Assembly (NCBI RefSeq): GCF_023055435.1
Contig: NW_025964358.1
Location: 744,001-808,000 of the forward strand
Length of the DNA: 64,000 nt
DNA from: Haliotis rufescens
Lineage: Eukaryota
Direction: 5' to 3'
In this document: positions 50,261 through 63,180 of the stretch, piece by piece
Numbering within the stretch: position 1 is the first letter of the stretch
Layout of the letters: each line of letters starts with the position of its first letter
The notes under the pieces: model-generated
Database searches by the model: none
Seen by the model: the letters and a program-made list of their open reading frames with translations, nothing else
Told to the model about the DNA's origin: nothing
Translations under genes and position numbers: made by a program

Positions 50261-50944
50261 TACTAGAACGCCCAGTTAATTGTCTTTTTAAGTTTTGTAA
50301 AGATTTGCCACTTGACAACGGAGGACTGTTGTTAGCAGTGATGAATCGGGATTTGAGAGCAGGATTTCATTCAAGATGACAGATCATGGGTTCAAAGGCA
50401 GATCTGGTAGTGGCAGTGCTATTGTCTGAGCAGCCATCTCTCACAGTGTGGGAACAGACCTTGTGCATGTCACAGGGAACGTCACAGTCCTTCATTTCCA
50501 ACACAAAAGCATTCGGACACGCGTCATTCCATTCATGAGCCAACCTAACCGACCACACTATTACAACTTTTTTAAACCGAAATTGGATTTTTTCAATCGT
50601 CCTCCAGATCAATAGATCTGAGCCCAAGTGAACATGTGGGATATGCGGCGTTTATGACGACTTATATTTGACTTGGGCCTTATCTGTGTACTGGTTTAGA
50701 AACATGTCGGTTTAAGGTGTTAGTCTTCTAAGATGCCATGCTACAGTTTAAAATGTATAGCCTACTTAGACGCAGCATTCTGACTCCAAGCCAAATAGTC
50801 CTTACCAGTTCTTAAATAATTGTCGTTGAATTCAGCTATTTGCTGTCGTCCCTATATGGCTGAGACAATGCCAGTGCGACGTTAAATATTCAGACACAGA
50901 CTTTCTAGTACAGATATAATTTGTCTACCGCTCCTGTCCTGCAG

Positions 50945-51418
50945 ATTCTGATGGAGGCATGTCCAGTAGGGCACCTGTAGCAGGTGTTGCAACAGACAAT
51001 GTCTACCAGTACAAGTCTGTTACAACCCGTGGCGTCCGCTTGACACAAAGACGAAACTGTATTCCGGCCCTCGTGTTCTGGTTACGGGCCTCTAACGACG
51101 CCCACATTGCCTTGGTCGCCAACGACGGCGACACTGACAATAACATGTACGAGATCGTCATTGGAGGATTAAGCAACACAAAGTCTGTCATCCGAGAAAG
51201 TAAGCAGGGCACAAACGAGGCATTTGCTCTTCACAAGCCTCTCTCTCCGGATCAGCATTTACCATTCTGGATTAGCTATGACAATGGTCTGGTAGCAGTG
51301 GGATATGGCGTCACTGTTGGAAGACGGGAGTTCATGTCGTGGACGGACGCAACACCCAACAACGTCGGATACGTCAGCATCACCACGGGATTTGGCTCTG
51401 ATGGACACTGGCTCTTCT
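50945..51418 (+). CDS. FAMeT-like gene A, exon 4 (whole domain 2)
   Basis: CCTGTCCTGCAG| DSDGGMSS..FWLRASNDAHIAL..MYEIVIGGLSNTKSVIR..FWISY..VSITTGFGSDGHWLF T|GTGAGT; 474 nt, phase 1-1. Confidence 0.93.
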
Positions 51419-51574
51419 GTGAGTATTTGAATTCTGAGTGATCCATTCATATTATCTTCATTGGGATTATGTCTTTTAAGGACAAAGAAATCTGCTTCGG
51501 CAAGAATGTTTTTCTTGTGCTGACGTTTTATATAATCACTATGGATACGTTTGTTGATGTGCTCCGACTCCGGT

Positions 51575-51715
51575 GTGAGTAAATATAGTCTTACCCCGCT
51601 GTTAGAAATATTCCAGCAATATCCCGGCAACTGAAAAAGGTTCATATATTGCACCCATGTGGGGAATCGAGTCCAGGTCTTCGGCACGATGAGCGAACGC
51701 TTCAGACACAAGGCT
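51575..51715 (-). mobile_element. SINE family C, degenerate
   Basis: Similarity to 46650-46819. Confidence 0.75.
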
Positions 51716-52157
51716 GGTCCGACTTAGGGTGAACAAGTAGTTGAATGTAGGTTTCCAGGTGTGTTACCGAGGCTATAGAGACAAGCTGAGCCAGAACAAC
51801 CTGCGGTTGGCACTATTGTCAACAATACATGATGTTATGGTATATGACACAGAATCAGCTAGGTCATACATTCTGAGCACTCAGTCCTCATCAGTTCGCT
51901 CTAAGTCAGGCATTAAATGGTTCAGGTCAGTTCTGACCTACACTCTCCTATTTAGAGTTTGACTGTGTCCTTAAGTATTCTGCTTGCACCTCCTGGACCT
52001 GACGAACACACCGGACATATTATGCAAGACATGTTGTGTACATAAGTACACCTTGGTGAAAGGTGAAACTTTTGTAAGCTACTGTAACTATCGTCATTTT
52101 GTTCTTCTGGGCATAGTAGACTAATAAAGTGGGCACATTTTTAAATATTTGTTTCAG

Positions 52158-52174
52158 ATGCAAGAGACAGATAA
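52158..52174 (+). CDS. candidate short terminal coding exon of gene A (YARDR*)
   Basis: TTTGTTTCAG| in phase 1 with several AATAAA downstream; alternative acceptors at 51759 and 52258 are not excluded. Confidence 0.35.
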
Positions 52175-53172
52175 TTGGATGAAGTGGCGCCTTTACAATA
52201 AACATTTGGGCATACTGCAATAATTTCGACTCTGATTTATATTCTTCTTTTTTGCAGATACACAAAAGAATAAAACTGTACATTAAATGAAATAAACCAT
52301 TCCGCAACTGCATGTATATATGTTTCGATTGTGTAACTTGACAATACTTACCTTCAAAAAGTTATTGCTGGTCTCTCTGTCCCAACGGTGGCACCCGACA
52401 CAACACATGCTAAGGCAAGTCACTTGTGCACCTGAAAAAGACATGCCATGATTGACCATTGAAATATTGGAAACTAAGATTGATAAAAGATTTCTCCTGG
52501 GCGCTTTCTTTCTTCTTGCAGATCAACCAGCTCTTCGTTTTTCGATCCTCCATAGAAAGCATCTATGGTTAACGATTTATTAAATACGGAATTTTCACGA
52601 ATGAACATTTTCTGATTAAATGTAACTGAGTGAGGATGTGGGATTGGTGGATGAATGATACCTTCTTCACCTGTTAAGATTGACTGCATGTAATATCATG
52701 AAAACTTGACATCCATCTCCAGTTTGGTTTATATATGTATTCCTTCCGAATATATGCGACCTTGATTACTTGATCGAAGCTGTACTCAGTCATAATCAGA
52801 ACTGGCGTTCTCATGTTCTATGAAAACTTACAACAAACAATCACTCAAATACTTCATGATTGCTTCATGTTGTTTCAAGCGCTAACACTGGTTTGTTTCA
52901 CCTGTGACTCGATTCATTTAGCACGTTGGTTCGCAGTGGAAATTAAACTCAACTAACTTAACATGAATGTACCTCGCAATCAACTAAACGTGAAATCCCC
53001 TTTTTATGTGATGAGCAATGAACATGTAATACGATGCAAGGAAAACGAATTTTAAGTGAAGCTTCTGTTTAATTAGCGTGTGTTTACGATGTCAGTGGTC
53101 ACTCTCTCAACTATTTCTACTCAGTGTGACACTATACTATTCTAGTTGACTAGTTCTGTCACTCAGAGAGAG

Positions 53173-53402
53173 GACCCGTGAAGATCCGGGGTAGAATAGG
53201 TCTCCAGGAACCCATACTTACCGTAAAAGGCGACTAACGGGGTCGGGTGGTCAGGTGGTCAGTTGGTTGATGCATGTCATCGATCCAAATTGCGTGGATC
53301 GAACCTCATGATGTCAATCACTGGATTGTCTGGTCCAGATTCGCCGTCATATAGCTGGAATATTGCTGAGTGCGGCGTTAAACAACAAACAATCAAACAA
53401 AA
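53173..53402 (+). mobile_element. SINE-like family B
   Basis: Similarity to 22146-22408. Confidence 0.87.
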
Positions 53403-53529
53403 CACCCATAAAAGATATCCATTTACGACCTACACCTGTGAACGAGAAACCAACTGAAAACATTGGAGTAAAATACAGCGTCTACGCTGGACGGCCATGC
53501 AGTGGGGACAAGTCCATTGAGATATCCCT

Positions 53530-54384
53530 CTACCACTATCAAACGGGTCCTCTAGCTTGCTTTAATGCAACCCCATACCATAACGCTGCCGCACCCGAAC
53601 CGATCTTCGTCCATGACACAATGACTGACGTAACGTTCACCTCGACGTCGGTACACTAGAATCCGTCCATCGCTGTGGCTGAGGTGAAAACGAGACTCGT
53701 CAGTGAATAGAACTTGTCCCCTCTGCATGGCCGTCCAGCGTAGACGCTGTCTGCACCACTGTAGACGTGCTTGACGGTGGTTTCCTGTCATCATGGGACG
53801 TCTGGCGGGTCTGACGACGTACGGTTTGTGAAGATATTTGTCGAAGGCAAGGGATGCTTCTTGTAGTCACTGTTGCTGGCTGGAATCGATTTCGTAGGTG
53901 TGTTGTTCAAATCCAGTTGTCTTGTCAATTATTGGTTACGCGTGGCCTGCCACTCCGAGGATCGTCTCTGACTGCATTCGTCTGTTGCCAACGTTGCCAT
54001 AAACACCACATGGTGTTTCTATGGACGTTAAATTGTCTTGCAGCATCACGTTGACTCGATCCTGCATCAAGCAGACGCTCATTTTCGGACCGGCGTGGCA
54101 TTTCGTAATGTTGAATAATTGCGTAATTTTGTTGTTTTTCTGAGTGGTTGTTGTCAGAACGATGCTAAACAATGCATATGGAATCCCGTTAACGCACATG
54201 TTTTTATACCCATTCTTGGGTAGTGAAATGCATTGGGCTTGCATAAAGTCAACTTTTGCTTGGAATGCATCCTTTTACTGTAGCAGTTCCGTTTTTGTGA
54301 CTTGATTCCATATATGAACTACACTTTACTTGTTTGAAAAATACAGTAAAGTATTGGTGTCACAGGAACTTTTGTTGTTGAGTA
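53530..54384 (-). mobile_element. Tc1-like transposon, truncated
   Basis: Terminus GTTGTTGAGTA plus TA; ATG at 54101; HRQARLQWCRQRLRW..VLFTDESRFHLSHSDGR..VMVWGCI; same family as 26600. Confidence 0.9.
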
Positions 54385-56007
54385 TATATGAATTATAAAT
54401 AAATTCAATTATTAATCGATCAAGAACATACACGTCAGTCATTCTGAATTTATGTAAAACTGTTATGAATATCAAAAGTAACATTCTTATTTTTCATATA
54501 TTATTAATTAATTAATTGATTGATTAATTAGGTGATATATAGTTAATACACAGTGGATATATATTGAAAAACACTATCTGATAATATAATTTAGTATTCT
54601 TATTCCATATAGTCTTCACAATCTTCGTCTTTCCTTTCTGAAAAAGTGGTCACAAAATACTTTTTTACAGGAGAGGGGGCCACTGGTGAGTCGTCTCAGG
54701 TGCTGCAATTCACTGTTCAGAAAAGCGTGTCCTGGGAAACCGCTGATCGCCGGTTCGAATCCAGGTTCGTCCAGTTTATTGTTTGTAGATTTGTCAGCAC
54801 CACAATCGTGCCCTTGGATTTTACCAGTGGAAGAGTGAAAACGAGTTAATAACTGTTTCACTTAGGGCTTCTCTCCAACATCAAGCTGACAAGCTTTGCT
54901 ATAACTGCAATACAGGGAGGCAATAAACCAAACTTACTCTTATGGCAACAAACTGTATACATGTAGGATATACAATACGAAACGCCCCCAAAATATGATA
55001 CATGTTTAACAAATGATCTTATGACAATCACTGCTCGTTCTGTTATACGAAAGTATTGTCAATGTTTATTTTAATTATCATAATGATTGAGTCACTTAAT
55101 ATATAGAAAATAATATGGTTGTGTTTTTTGTATTACAATGTTTTCATAAAAGATGGGTAGGAGATTTCTCCTTTTGAATATCAAACTCACAATTCCTAAA
55201 TTACGATGTAACAATGCAAGAAGCAATATGTTATCATCCTAGTCATTTCGTCAAAGTAAGTATGTTTTTCCAAATAATTGGAACTTCTTTTAAACTGTGC
55301 GAGGTGCGGTGGAGGGAGATACGTGTGACGTAGTAACTGCCCACTGTTCGTTTGCGCTGCAGGCTATAGACATACTTTAGACAGGAGTCAAGATTAAGAT
55401 ATTCATACCTCAACCGTTGAAGATTTCGATCCTTGTCAGATCGCGGCCTGGGATCCAAGGCGGTTTGTGAAAGTGGAATAGGACTGAGGTATAGCAATTG
55501 TAAAGTTGAATATAAGCACTAAATATCAACAGGAACTAAGATTGTTTTGTACAAGAGGGCCCTGATTTTAATGAAATTGTTCGATATTCAAGCACTAGGA
55601 TTTGATGTTGGATAGAGATGAAGCGACAGATGACATCTCGTTCGACACCTGTTGTATTTTACTTCATCTTCTCCTGATGTGGTACAGATATCGATGTTCT
55701 GTTACATATAGATTTTACAAAATGACTAGCCGGAGTTTTCACTGCATTGCAGGGTGACAGATGGCTTGACCTATTTCGGGAATCGGAAAGAAACAAAATA
55801 ATTATCTTAATATTAACTCTTGAGAACGATTTCGCCACTGGATTCCGTGGGTCAACGCCTTTAACGAACTGTGACCAGATATATTGCTTGCTTCTCTTGC
55901 ATCTCCATAAGGTGATATAGCGTAAGATAGATATTCGTTTGTGAGATCATGTCACATATGGCTTTGCATTGAATTCAGTAGTAGTATCACATCACTGATT
56001 CGCAAAC

Positions 56008-56062
56008 ATGACATCCCTGACGCTTGTGTTGCTGTTGACCATTACCTGTGTCTTCGTAAGAA
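56008..56062 (+). CDS. FAMeT-like gene B, exon 1 (signal peptide MTSLTLVLLLTITCVFVR)
   Basis: 55 nt, donor AA|GTAAGT, paralogous to 45433-45487. Confidence 0.82.
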
Positions 56063-56527
56063 GTAAGTATTAAAAGTTGTCCGACACCCAAGTAGATATT
56101 AACAAATTGCATGTAATCAAACAGCCATCGGTGACACCTGCTTAGTCAGTCCTGATTTGGAGAGGTCAATGTCGAATTGGCCAATCCAGGTAAACGCATG
56201 GAGATATCCTGTAAGGATCTGCCGATGTGCATCACATTTGATTCTCGCATCACTAATTGGCAGGACATGCTTGACCATGATTCACTGTTTGGTAGGGTTG
56301 ATTTTTAACATCCCAAAGGGCTCACGATTTCCAAGCATCGTCTTACAAGGACATGTTAATCATTGTAAGCGCTGGTTTTCTGATTTGTGGGTTTAAAGAA
56401 ATGGTACGATCAACAAACTGTGAGATGTTGGGCAAAGTAAACATGTAACGGTCGGTAACTTGGTTGATATTGTGTCATCGTACCCCAATAGCGTGACTCG
56501 ACTCGGTTATTTTGTGCGTGTCCTTTT

Positions 56528-56810
56528 TTATTGTTTGTTGTATAACGCCGTACCCAGCAGTATGATGGCTGTCTGGTTATATCGAATCTGGACCAGACAA
56601 TCCAGTGATTGATGTCAGGCGAATAGGTATGCACAACTGGAATAGGATAAAATGCATCAACCAAGTCATCAAGTCTGACAACCCGATCTCGTTAGTCGCC
56701 TCTTTCGACAAGCATGGATTGTTGAAGACCAATTCTAACCCGGATCTTCATGGGGGAGAGACAAGCATGGGTTGCTGGAGGCTTATTCTGACCCGGACCT
56801 TCATGCGAGA
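56528..56810 (-). mobile_element. SINE-like family B with duplicated 5' end
   Basis: Two AGCATGG..GACC/GGCT..CCCGGA units at ~56711 and ~56764. Confidence 0.75.
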
Positions 56811-57249
56811 CAGGTCATCGTCATGTAGCTGGAATATTGCTGAGTGCGGCATTAAAGAATAATGGAACATCATTTTTCAAGATATTTCAAATGCAAAAAT
56901 ACTGTCGTATGTAATTTACATGGCTTAAATTAGACGAAGGATATTGAAATATTGACAAATATTCAAAACCGATACAGATATTTGAAACTCCATTTTTTAT
57001 CCTCTTTTTGGCCCTATCGTTGGCGACAGATTTTATCGTACAGCGTGTAGACCATGATTATTCTGGTCAAAGACTCTTGAACACACAGGTCGTGAGTGCC
57101 TTTTTAAATATCTGCTTCTCAGTTTCCTATTTGTTCCATGGCAACTGGCCAGCATCTTGAAATGACCTGTAGCCATATGTTTCTGTACACGTGAATGGGT
57201 CGTAAAACCAGTGTAGTCACGGCCTAATGACCGTACCGCTTTCCTCTCT

Positions 57250-57506
57250 CCGTGAAGATCCAGGGTGGAATATGTCTTCAGCAACCCATGCTTGCCGTCA
57301 AAGGCGACTATGCTTGTCGTAAGAGGCGACTAACGGGATCGAGTGGGCAGAATTGCTGACTTGTTTGATGCATGTCATCTTATCCTAATTGCGTGGATAT
57401 ATGTTAATGATGTCAATCGCTGGATTGTCTGGTTCACGCTCGATTATTTACACACCGCCGTCATATAGCTGGAATAGTGTGGTGTTAAACAACCAACAAA
57501 ACAAAA
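57250..57506 (+). mobile_element. SINE-like family B
   Basis: Similarity to 22146-22408. Confidence 0.87.
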
Positions 57507-58907
57507 ATTCTCCGCAAACGGTCTAGTGAAAGTACTGCTTCCCTCTCTCTTAATTTCCCGGCGTCGTCACCGTTCGGCAAACTCGTACTCCGGTGTCTTT
57601 AAGTTCATTCTTTGGGCTCAGTTACACATTCAAGATTTTTTTACTGCCTTCCTTGATAGGACCATCCCAAATAAAATTTGTTAAAATTCCGATCATGATC
57701 CTGCGATTCGTGGCGGGAAATTCACGAACAATCAGACGTTGTTCAGGAAGCGTCCCGATTTAGCCGTTTCAAGCAGAAATCGTCTCGATTCTCCCGCTCT
57801 CAATCCGAATCTGATCCGACTTGTATGTTCCGCATAGTTAAAAAACGTCCGAATCTGTTCTCACAGCCTCTCGATTCCTGAATGCGATCCGACAGAGATC
57901 AGACTGTGATCGGACAGTGAAACGACGGTTTGCATTCGGCAAGATCTGGACTCCATCGTCAAGAAACGGCAATGAACAATTCATGCACGTTCATCACGAT
58001 CCACAGGACACCATCCAGACAACACAGGACATTGTTACGATTTTGATCCGATACAGCAGAATCTGTTGCGACATAGTCACGATTGTAATTCGACTAGACA
58101 AAAATCGGCAGAGTTTCACGAATATTACGGGACGCACCATACTGTCGGGAGTGCTTGGCCGACCTCTCTGCATCTTTCCCGACCCGTAGGACTCTGTTAC
58201 GAACGTTTAAGACTGGGTTCAGACAATGATAGACATTCTAGATCATTGAGGATCCTGTGATTGCTTACTTTAGGTCAAGTGCCTATTTACTATTGGGAAT
58301 CAAGTTACGTTTTTCAATTATTAGTTTATTCTTGTTTAAGGACATCCTGGTACCCCTAGAAAATGTTGATCTTTTGATCGGAGAGAACGTGCTATCTCTA
58401 AGTCTGTAAACTGTGTCTGGGTTGGGTATCCATGGCGAGTAAGGCATAAATAAGGCATGGATTAACATCTTAGTATCTGATTTACCACTTGGCCTGTAAC
58501 CAACCGTAGGTACACCAGAAGTATTATTCCGGCTGTCTTACTCAGCAAAATTCAAGCTGGTATTCACCACCCGATCCATCAGTCGCTTTGTGGAGGGAAG
58601 ACAAGGGCTTGCAAGCCTGGAGGTTATTAAACCGATTTTCTATGTTCCATTCATATTATCTGCACCCGATATTTCCTGGACACTGGAATCTGTTTCGGTT
58701 GATAATCGAGACTGGTTATTCTCTGGCGTTGACGTTTTATATTTACTGTTGGCAATGATGCATTCGTGATAATGAGTTAAACAAGGATTCCGTCAATTAA
58801 TGCGTGTGTCGTAAGAGGGTGGTGACATGCATGATTGCGTGTCATCGTACCGTATCGGCGCGGATATGACACGGTCATAGTGCTTTAATACTTGTTTTTT
58901 CTCTTAG

Positions 58908-59032
58908 ACTCTTATGGCTGGTCAGCGACGAGGCAGTATGTAGAGCTTGAGACAGACACCCAGTATAACTACCAGTCATTGCAGGAGGTGGATGTGAAGA
59001 TAAGATCACAAGCCACATCCTTCAAGTTCAAA
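58908..59032 (+). CDS. FAMeT-like gene B, exon 2
   Basis: CTCTTAG| NSYGWSATRQYVELETDTQYNYQSL..SFKFK |GTAAAG. Confidence 0.87.
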
Positions 59033-59534
59033 GTAAAGTATCTTATTTCATCATTCCTCGTCACCTTTCATTATTTCAGAGTCAGAATACGTCCCCAGTA
59101 TGAGGCTTGTCGTGAGAGCAACCCAAAAAGGGTATTTGGTGGTTACAGTACATGCTTGCATTCTTTTTATTAATGTTCAGTTCTTTCACACAGGAAAATA
59201 AATGACACTGAGTTTTTCCACAAACACCAGGAGCTCATTCACCGACATTTTAAGTATTGAGTCACTTGGTATTGGGTTCAAATTGCTGGATTAAGGAGAG
59301 CTTTTAAACATATATTTCTTTGGTTTCATAATATTTTAGGCTTTGGGTTTTCTTTTTCTTTTGTTAGAGCCTAGATGTGTTTTTGGTCACTACTTCAAAA
59401 CTATGAAAAGAGGAGGCATTTCTTTTCCACCGTGGTTCGAGAGCATCCAGCAATGCCCAAACTGTAATGAATCTGGAAGCTTATTCGTCTTTTTACGATC
59501 GATAAAATTTAGATTTCATTACTTCATATACATA

Positions 59535-60781
59535 TAGTCTGGTTCGAAATTATTGTGAATTTTAATGTCATATTCAAGGAAGCATACATAAAATATCAAT
59601 ATTGACACGTGTTTAAAATTAAGGTATGGTCAAAGGGAAGCAACTCTTCTTCAATTTTAGAAGTAGCAAATAAGAGTTATCTCCCTTAATTATGGAGCAG
59701 ACGACTTTTCCTGATATATGCCAGAAATGAGTGCAGAGGACAAAAGAAGGTTGATTCTACAGCTCCATGATGGAGGCATCATTGGTGCTGCTAGAAGAAG
59801 AGAACAGATACTCCTCTTCCTACAGTGTATAAAGTTAAGAAGAATATTGAGAATGGTTCGGGAATTGAGCACAGAAAAGGAGCGGGGAGACCTCGAAAAC
59901 TGGTGTTTGGTGATCGTGTGAGAATGGGTATTTCGGCTTCTAAAAACAGAAGGGCGAGTATCTCAAATATCCAACATAAAATGGTAGATAGAGGGACAGT
60001 AAATGTATCCAAATCTACAGTAAGAAGGAATTTGATTGAACTTGGATGGGGAAAAAAGAAAGGAATTGCCTCTCCGCTCTTGAAACAAGAACACAAGGAT
60101 AGACGTGTAGGGTGGTGTTTGGCGCATAAAAACATTGACTGGAACAGTGTTATTTTCAAAGATGAGAGCTTTGTATGGGTGTATCCTAACAATGTTAAAA
60201 TGTGGAGTCCGAAGTTTCATGTTTGGGGAGGGATATCTTCACTTGGAACGACGCCCATGTGTGTCTTTGAGGGTAATTTAACCAGTGAAAGGTATACAGA
60301 CATTTTGGAAGCTCACCTGATCCCAAATGCAGATGGGTTTTTTATGGAAATACTTGGATTTTGCAACAGGATAATGACCCGAAACACACCGCAAGACATG
60401 CGCGGCAGTGGTTTGTGGACAACAATGTGACAGTTTTGGACTGGCCTAGCAACAGCCCGGACTTAAATCCTATAGAAAATGTGAAAAGACTCATGAAGGA
60501 GTCGGTGAACCAAAAGGGATTGACAAAAGTTGATGACATGAAGCGCGAGGTGGTGCAATATTGGGACTCTCTCACCCACAAGACTCTAACCTCTCTCATA
60601 GGAAGTATGCCCAATCGTATAAACTTTGTTTAGAAGCAAATAGTGGTCTGATAAAATATTGATGTTACTGTGATGTGATTAAAGTAGGTTTGTGCTCACT
60701 TAAAATGTTTTATTTTGGGGGGAAATTTTCATATTTACAATTTTAAAGATTTTCAATTCTCAATATTTATGACTCATACTG
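59535..60781 (+). mobile_element. near full-length, frameshifted Tc1-like transposon in gene B intron 2
   Basis: GAGRPRK, WNSVIFKDES, HVWGGISS, QQDNDPKH, WPSNSPDLNPIEN; degenerate TIRs TAGTCTGGTTCGAAATTATTG / CAATATTTATGACTCATACTG with TA flanks. Confidence 0.92.
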
Positions 60782-60899
60782 TATAACTCTATAAGGCTAA
60801 AACAATGCTGATGCAACGTTCTAATGTCCTCACCCAAACATTTGTATGTCTCTGATTACTATGAGGCTGACATGATAATATATCTAAAAATGCTTACAG

Positions 60900-61236
60900 A
60901 TCCAGGCTTCAAATGACGCCCACGTTGCTTTGCTCACCTATGATGGCGAAACGGGACAGAACATGTACGAAATCGTCCTCGGTGGATTTAGCAATACGCG
61001 ATCTATAATCAGAAACAGCAGACAGGGAACCAACAGGGTCGAAACATTTCATTCTCCTCTCAGTTCCACGGAATTCCGCGACTTCTGGATCAGTTGGGAA
61101 GGAGGTGTGATATCAGTGGGCACAGGGACGACTGTTGGCGCAGGACAGTTCATGACCTGGACGGACCCAGCTCCCAATGAGGTCAACTATCTCGCCGTCA
61201 CAACGGGGTTCGGGTCTTCTGGGTCCTGGCAGTTTG
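60900..61236 (+). CDS. FAMeT-like gene B, exon 3 (domain 1 core)
   Basis: GCTTACAG| IQASNDAHVALL...GSWQF G|GTAAGG; ~98% identical to A exon 3. Confidence 0.92.
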
Positions 61237-62819
61237 GTAAGGATTAATACAGAGGAGATAGTATGAGTTGAGTGTATTTGTGTGGTATTCCAATGATATC
61301 ATCAATGGAACTGAAAACTAAGAACAAAAAAGTAATATTTCCATTAACAAAATAAATAACAGCGACAAAACCCATTCCATATTCATCAAATTCGATTGAA
61401 CAATTCCGACTATATCATGAAATGTGTCTATGAATCATTGTGATGACCCCATTGGTTTGCAAAAAGGTGAGAGTATCTGCCCCACCGTTGGTACCCGTCA
61501 CATGCAAATGCAATTCAATTGCTCACCTAGGGCAACATGGGAACATATAGTACAAGACACAACAAGATATTTTATAAGCTCTGCTCAGGACTTAAATGTT
61601 TTAACCAAGATCAAACACTTTTTAAGCAACAGTCGTATGACACTCTTTGAAATCTTGGTAGAAAGAACATGCTCGATTGTGCCTTAAAAATTGTGAATGT
61701 AGACTCCAAAGGCTGTAGCTGCTGGAATATTGCTGGAAAGTTGTCAGTTGACTAATGAAAAGATGAAGTCATTCCTCTTGTCATGAAGGCTCCTTTAGTT
61801 CTAGTTCAGGTGTTATATCAGTGGAAGGGACTTAGCTATTTAACCGAGGGAAAGTGTTTTTATTTTATTTTCAACATAAACTATCTTCTTTTAAATAAAC
61901 TGCTCATATCGATAATGAAGCCTTTCAATTCCAGCCAGGAAGAAGCTTCTGAAACCACTCTAAAAATGAATATTAACTGTAAAAGTGTTTTTAGATATAT
62001 TTTGGAAAATGAAAAGCTAGAATGGTTTAAAAAAATATTTCATCTGAGGTTGTTCAAGAATCACTTGACAGTGCATTTACACGTATTGATACAAGCCCAG
62101 AATATATTGTAGAGGCATGTTGTCCAGCTTCGTCTGACAGGAACAGAAAAACTGGCGAAGTGAGAAATGAAGTAAATAATTCCTTTGACCACAGAATGTT
62201 TAAGATCTTTCAATAAAATTAGAAAATGTAAAGATACAAATTATAAGAATAACACTACTTTGTTTAAGACAAGTCAATATCTAATTAAATGTTTTCTGAA
62301 GTTTTCCGTACTGAAAATTATATTTCTTGTTGAAGTAAAGTCTTGAAGGTTTTGTAATATTCATAACGTGAACTGTCCTCTAAAGTGAAATGCCATTCTT
62401 GGTATAACATGATTATAGACCGATTTCAAAATTCTTTAAGAACCATATTTACATTTCCAACTGACTTATATAAAACTAAAACCATGAGATAATAAATGAT
62501 TTCTTATGTGCGAGTATTCGTTACCATGTTATGGCCATGTATAACCTTGTGTGAGGAATAACCATAATGGTTCTTCTGATACCTTCTATATACAACTCGG
62601 AGTGAGGTTATATACTGAATTAGCAACTCAGATTTAAAACTACCACACCAGTGTAATACAATTCTACCAAGATATAGTTTTCATTTATGTCTTCTATTAT
62701 TTGAAGATGATGTATTATTCAGAAACAAATTAAGGACCTACAACATTATGGAAAATAATGTATATTAACGGTAAAAGTGGATAAATAAACCCAACTGAAA
62801 ATGCGATACGAACTTGCAA

Positions 62820-62925
62820 TTGATAGTCGTGTACGACACCGTCACCCTGAACCTGAAACAATTGCACGACTTGTTGTTGGCCTTGCAACCAGAGTGGAAT
62901 TAACATCCCCCAGACAGGTCATGAC
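62820..62925 (+). mobile_element. small Tc1 transposase C-terminal remnant
   Basis: RRVRHRHPEPETI.. and ALQPEWN*.IPQ-like residues. Confidence 0.4.
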
Positions 62926-63180
62926 TTTTGTTGACCCTAATGGTCTGTAGTATGATGCTGTCATTGAATCCTTCTTTTTGGGCTGGAATATTATATTTAA
63001 CTATCAACAGAACATTTGTTTTGTATTGCATCTATGAAATTTATCTTCCTAGTTTGCTGAGCCTTCGCTAACTGAATTATGTATGATTTGCTCTCGTCGC
63101 TACTACCAATGTGACGTTAAGTGTTCAGAAACAGACTTTGTATTTTTAAGATGTAATCATATTACCGCTTTTTCCTTCAG

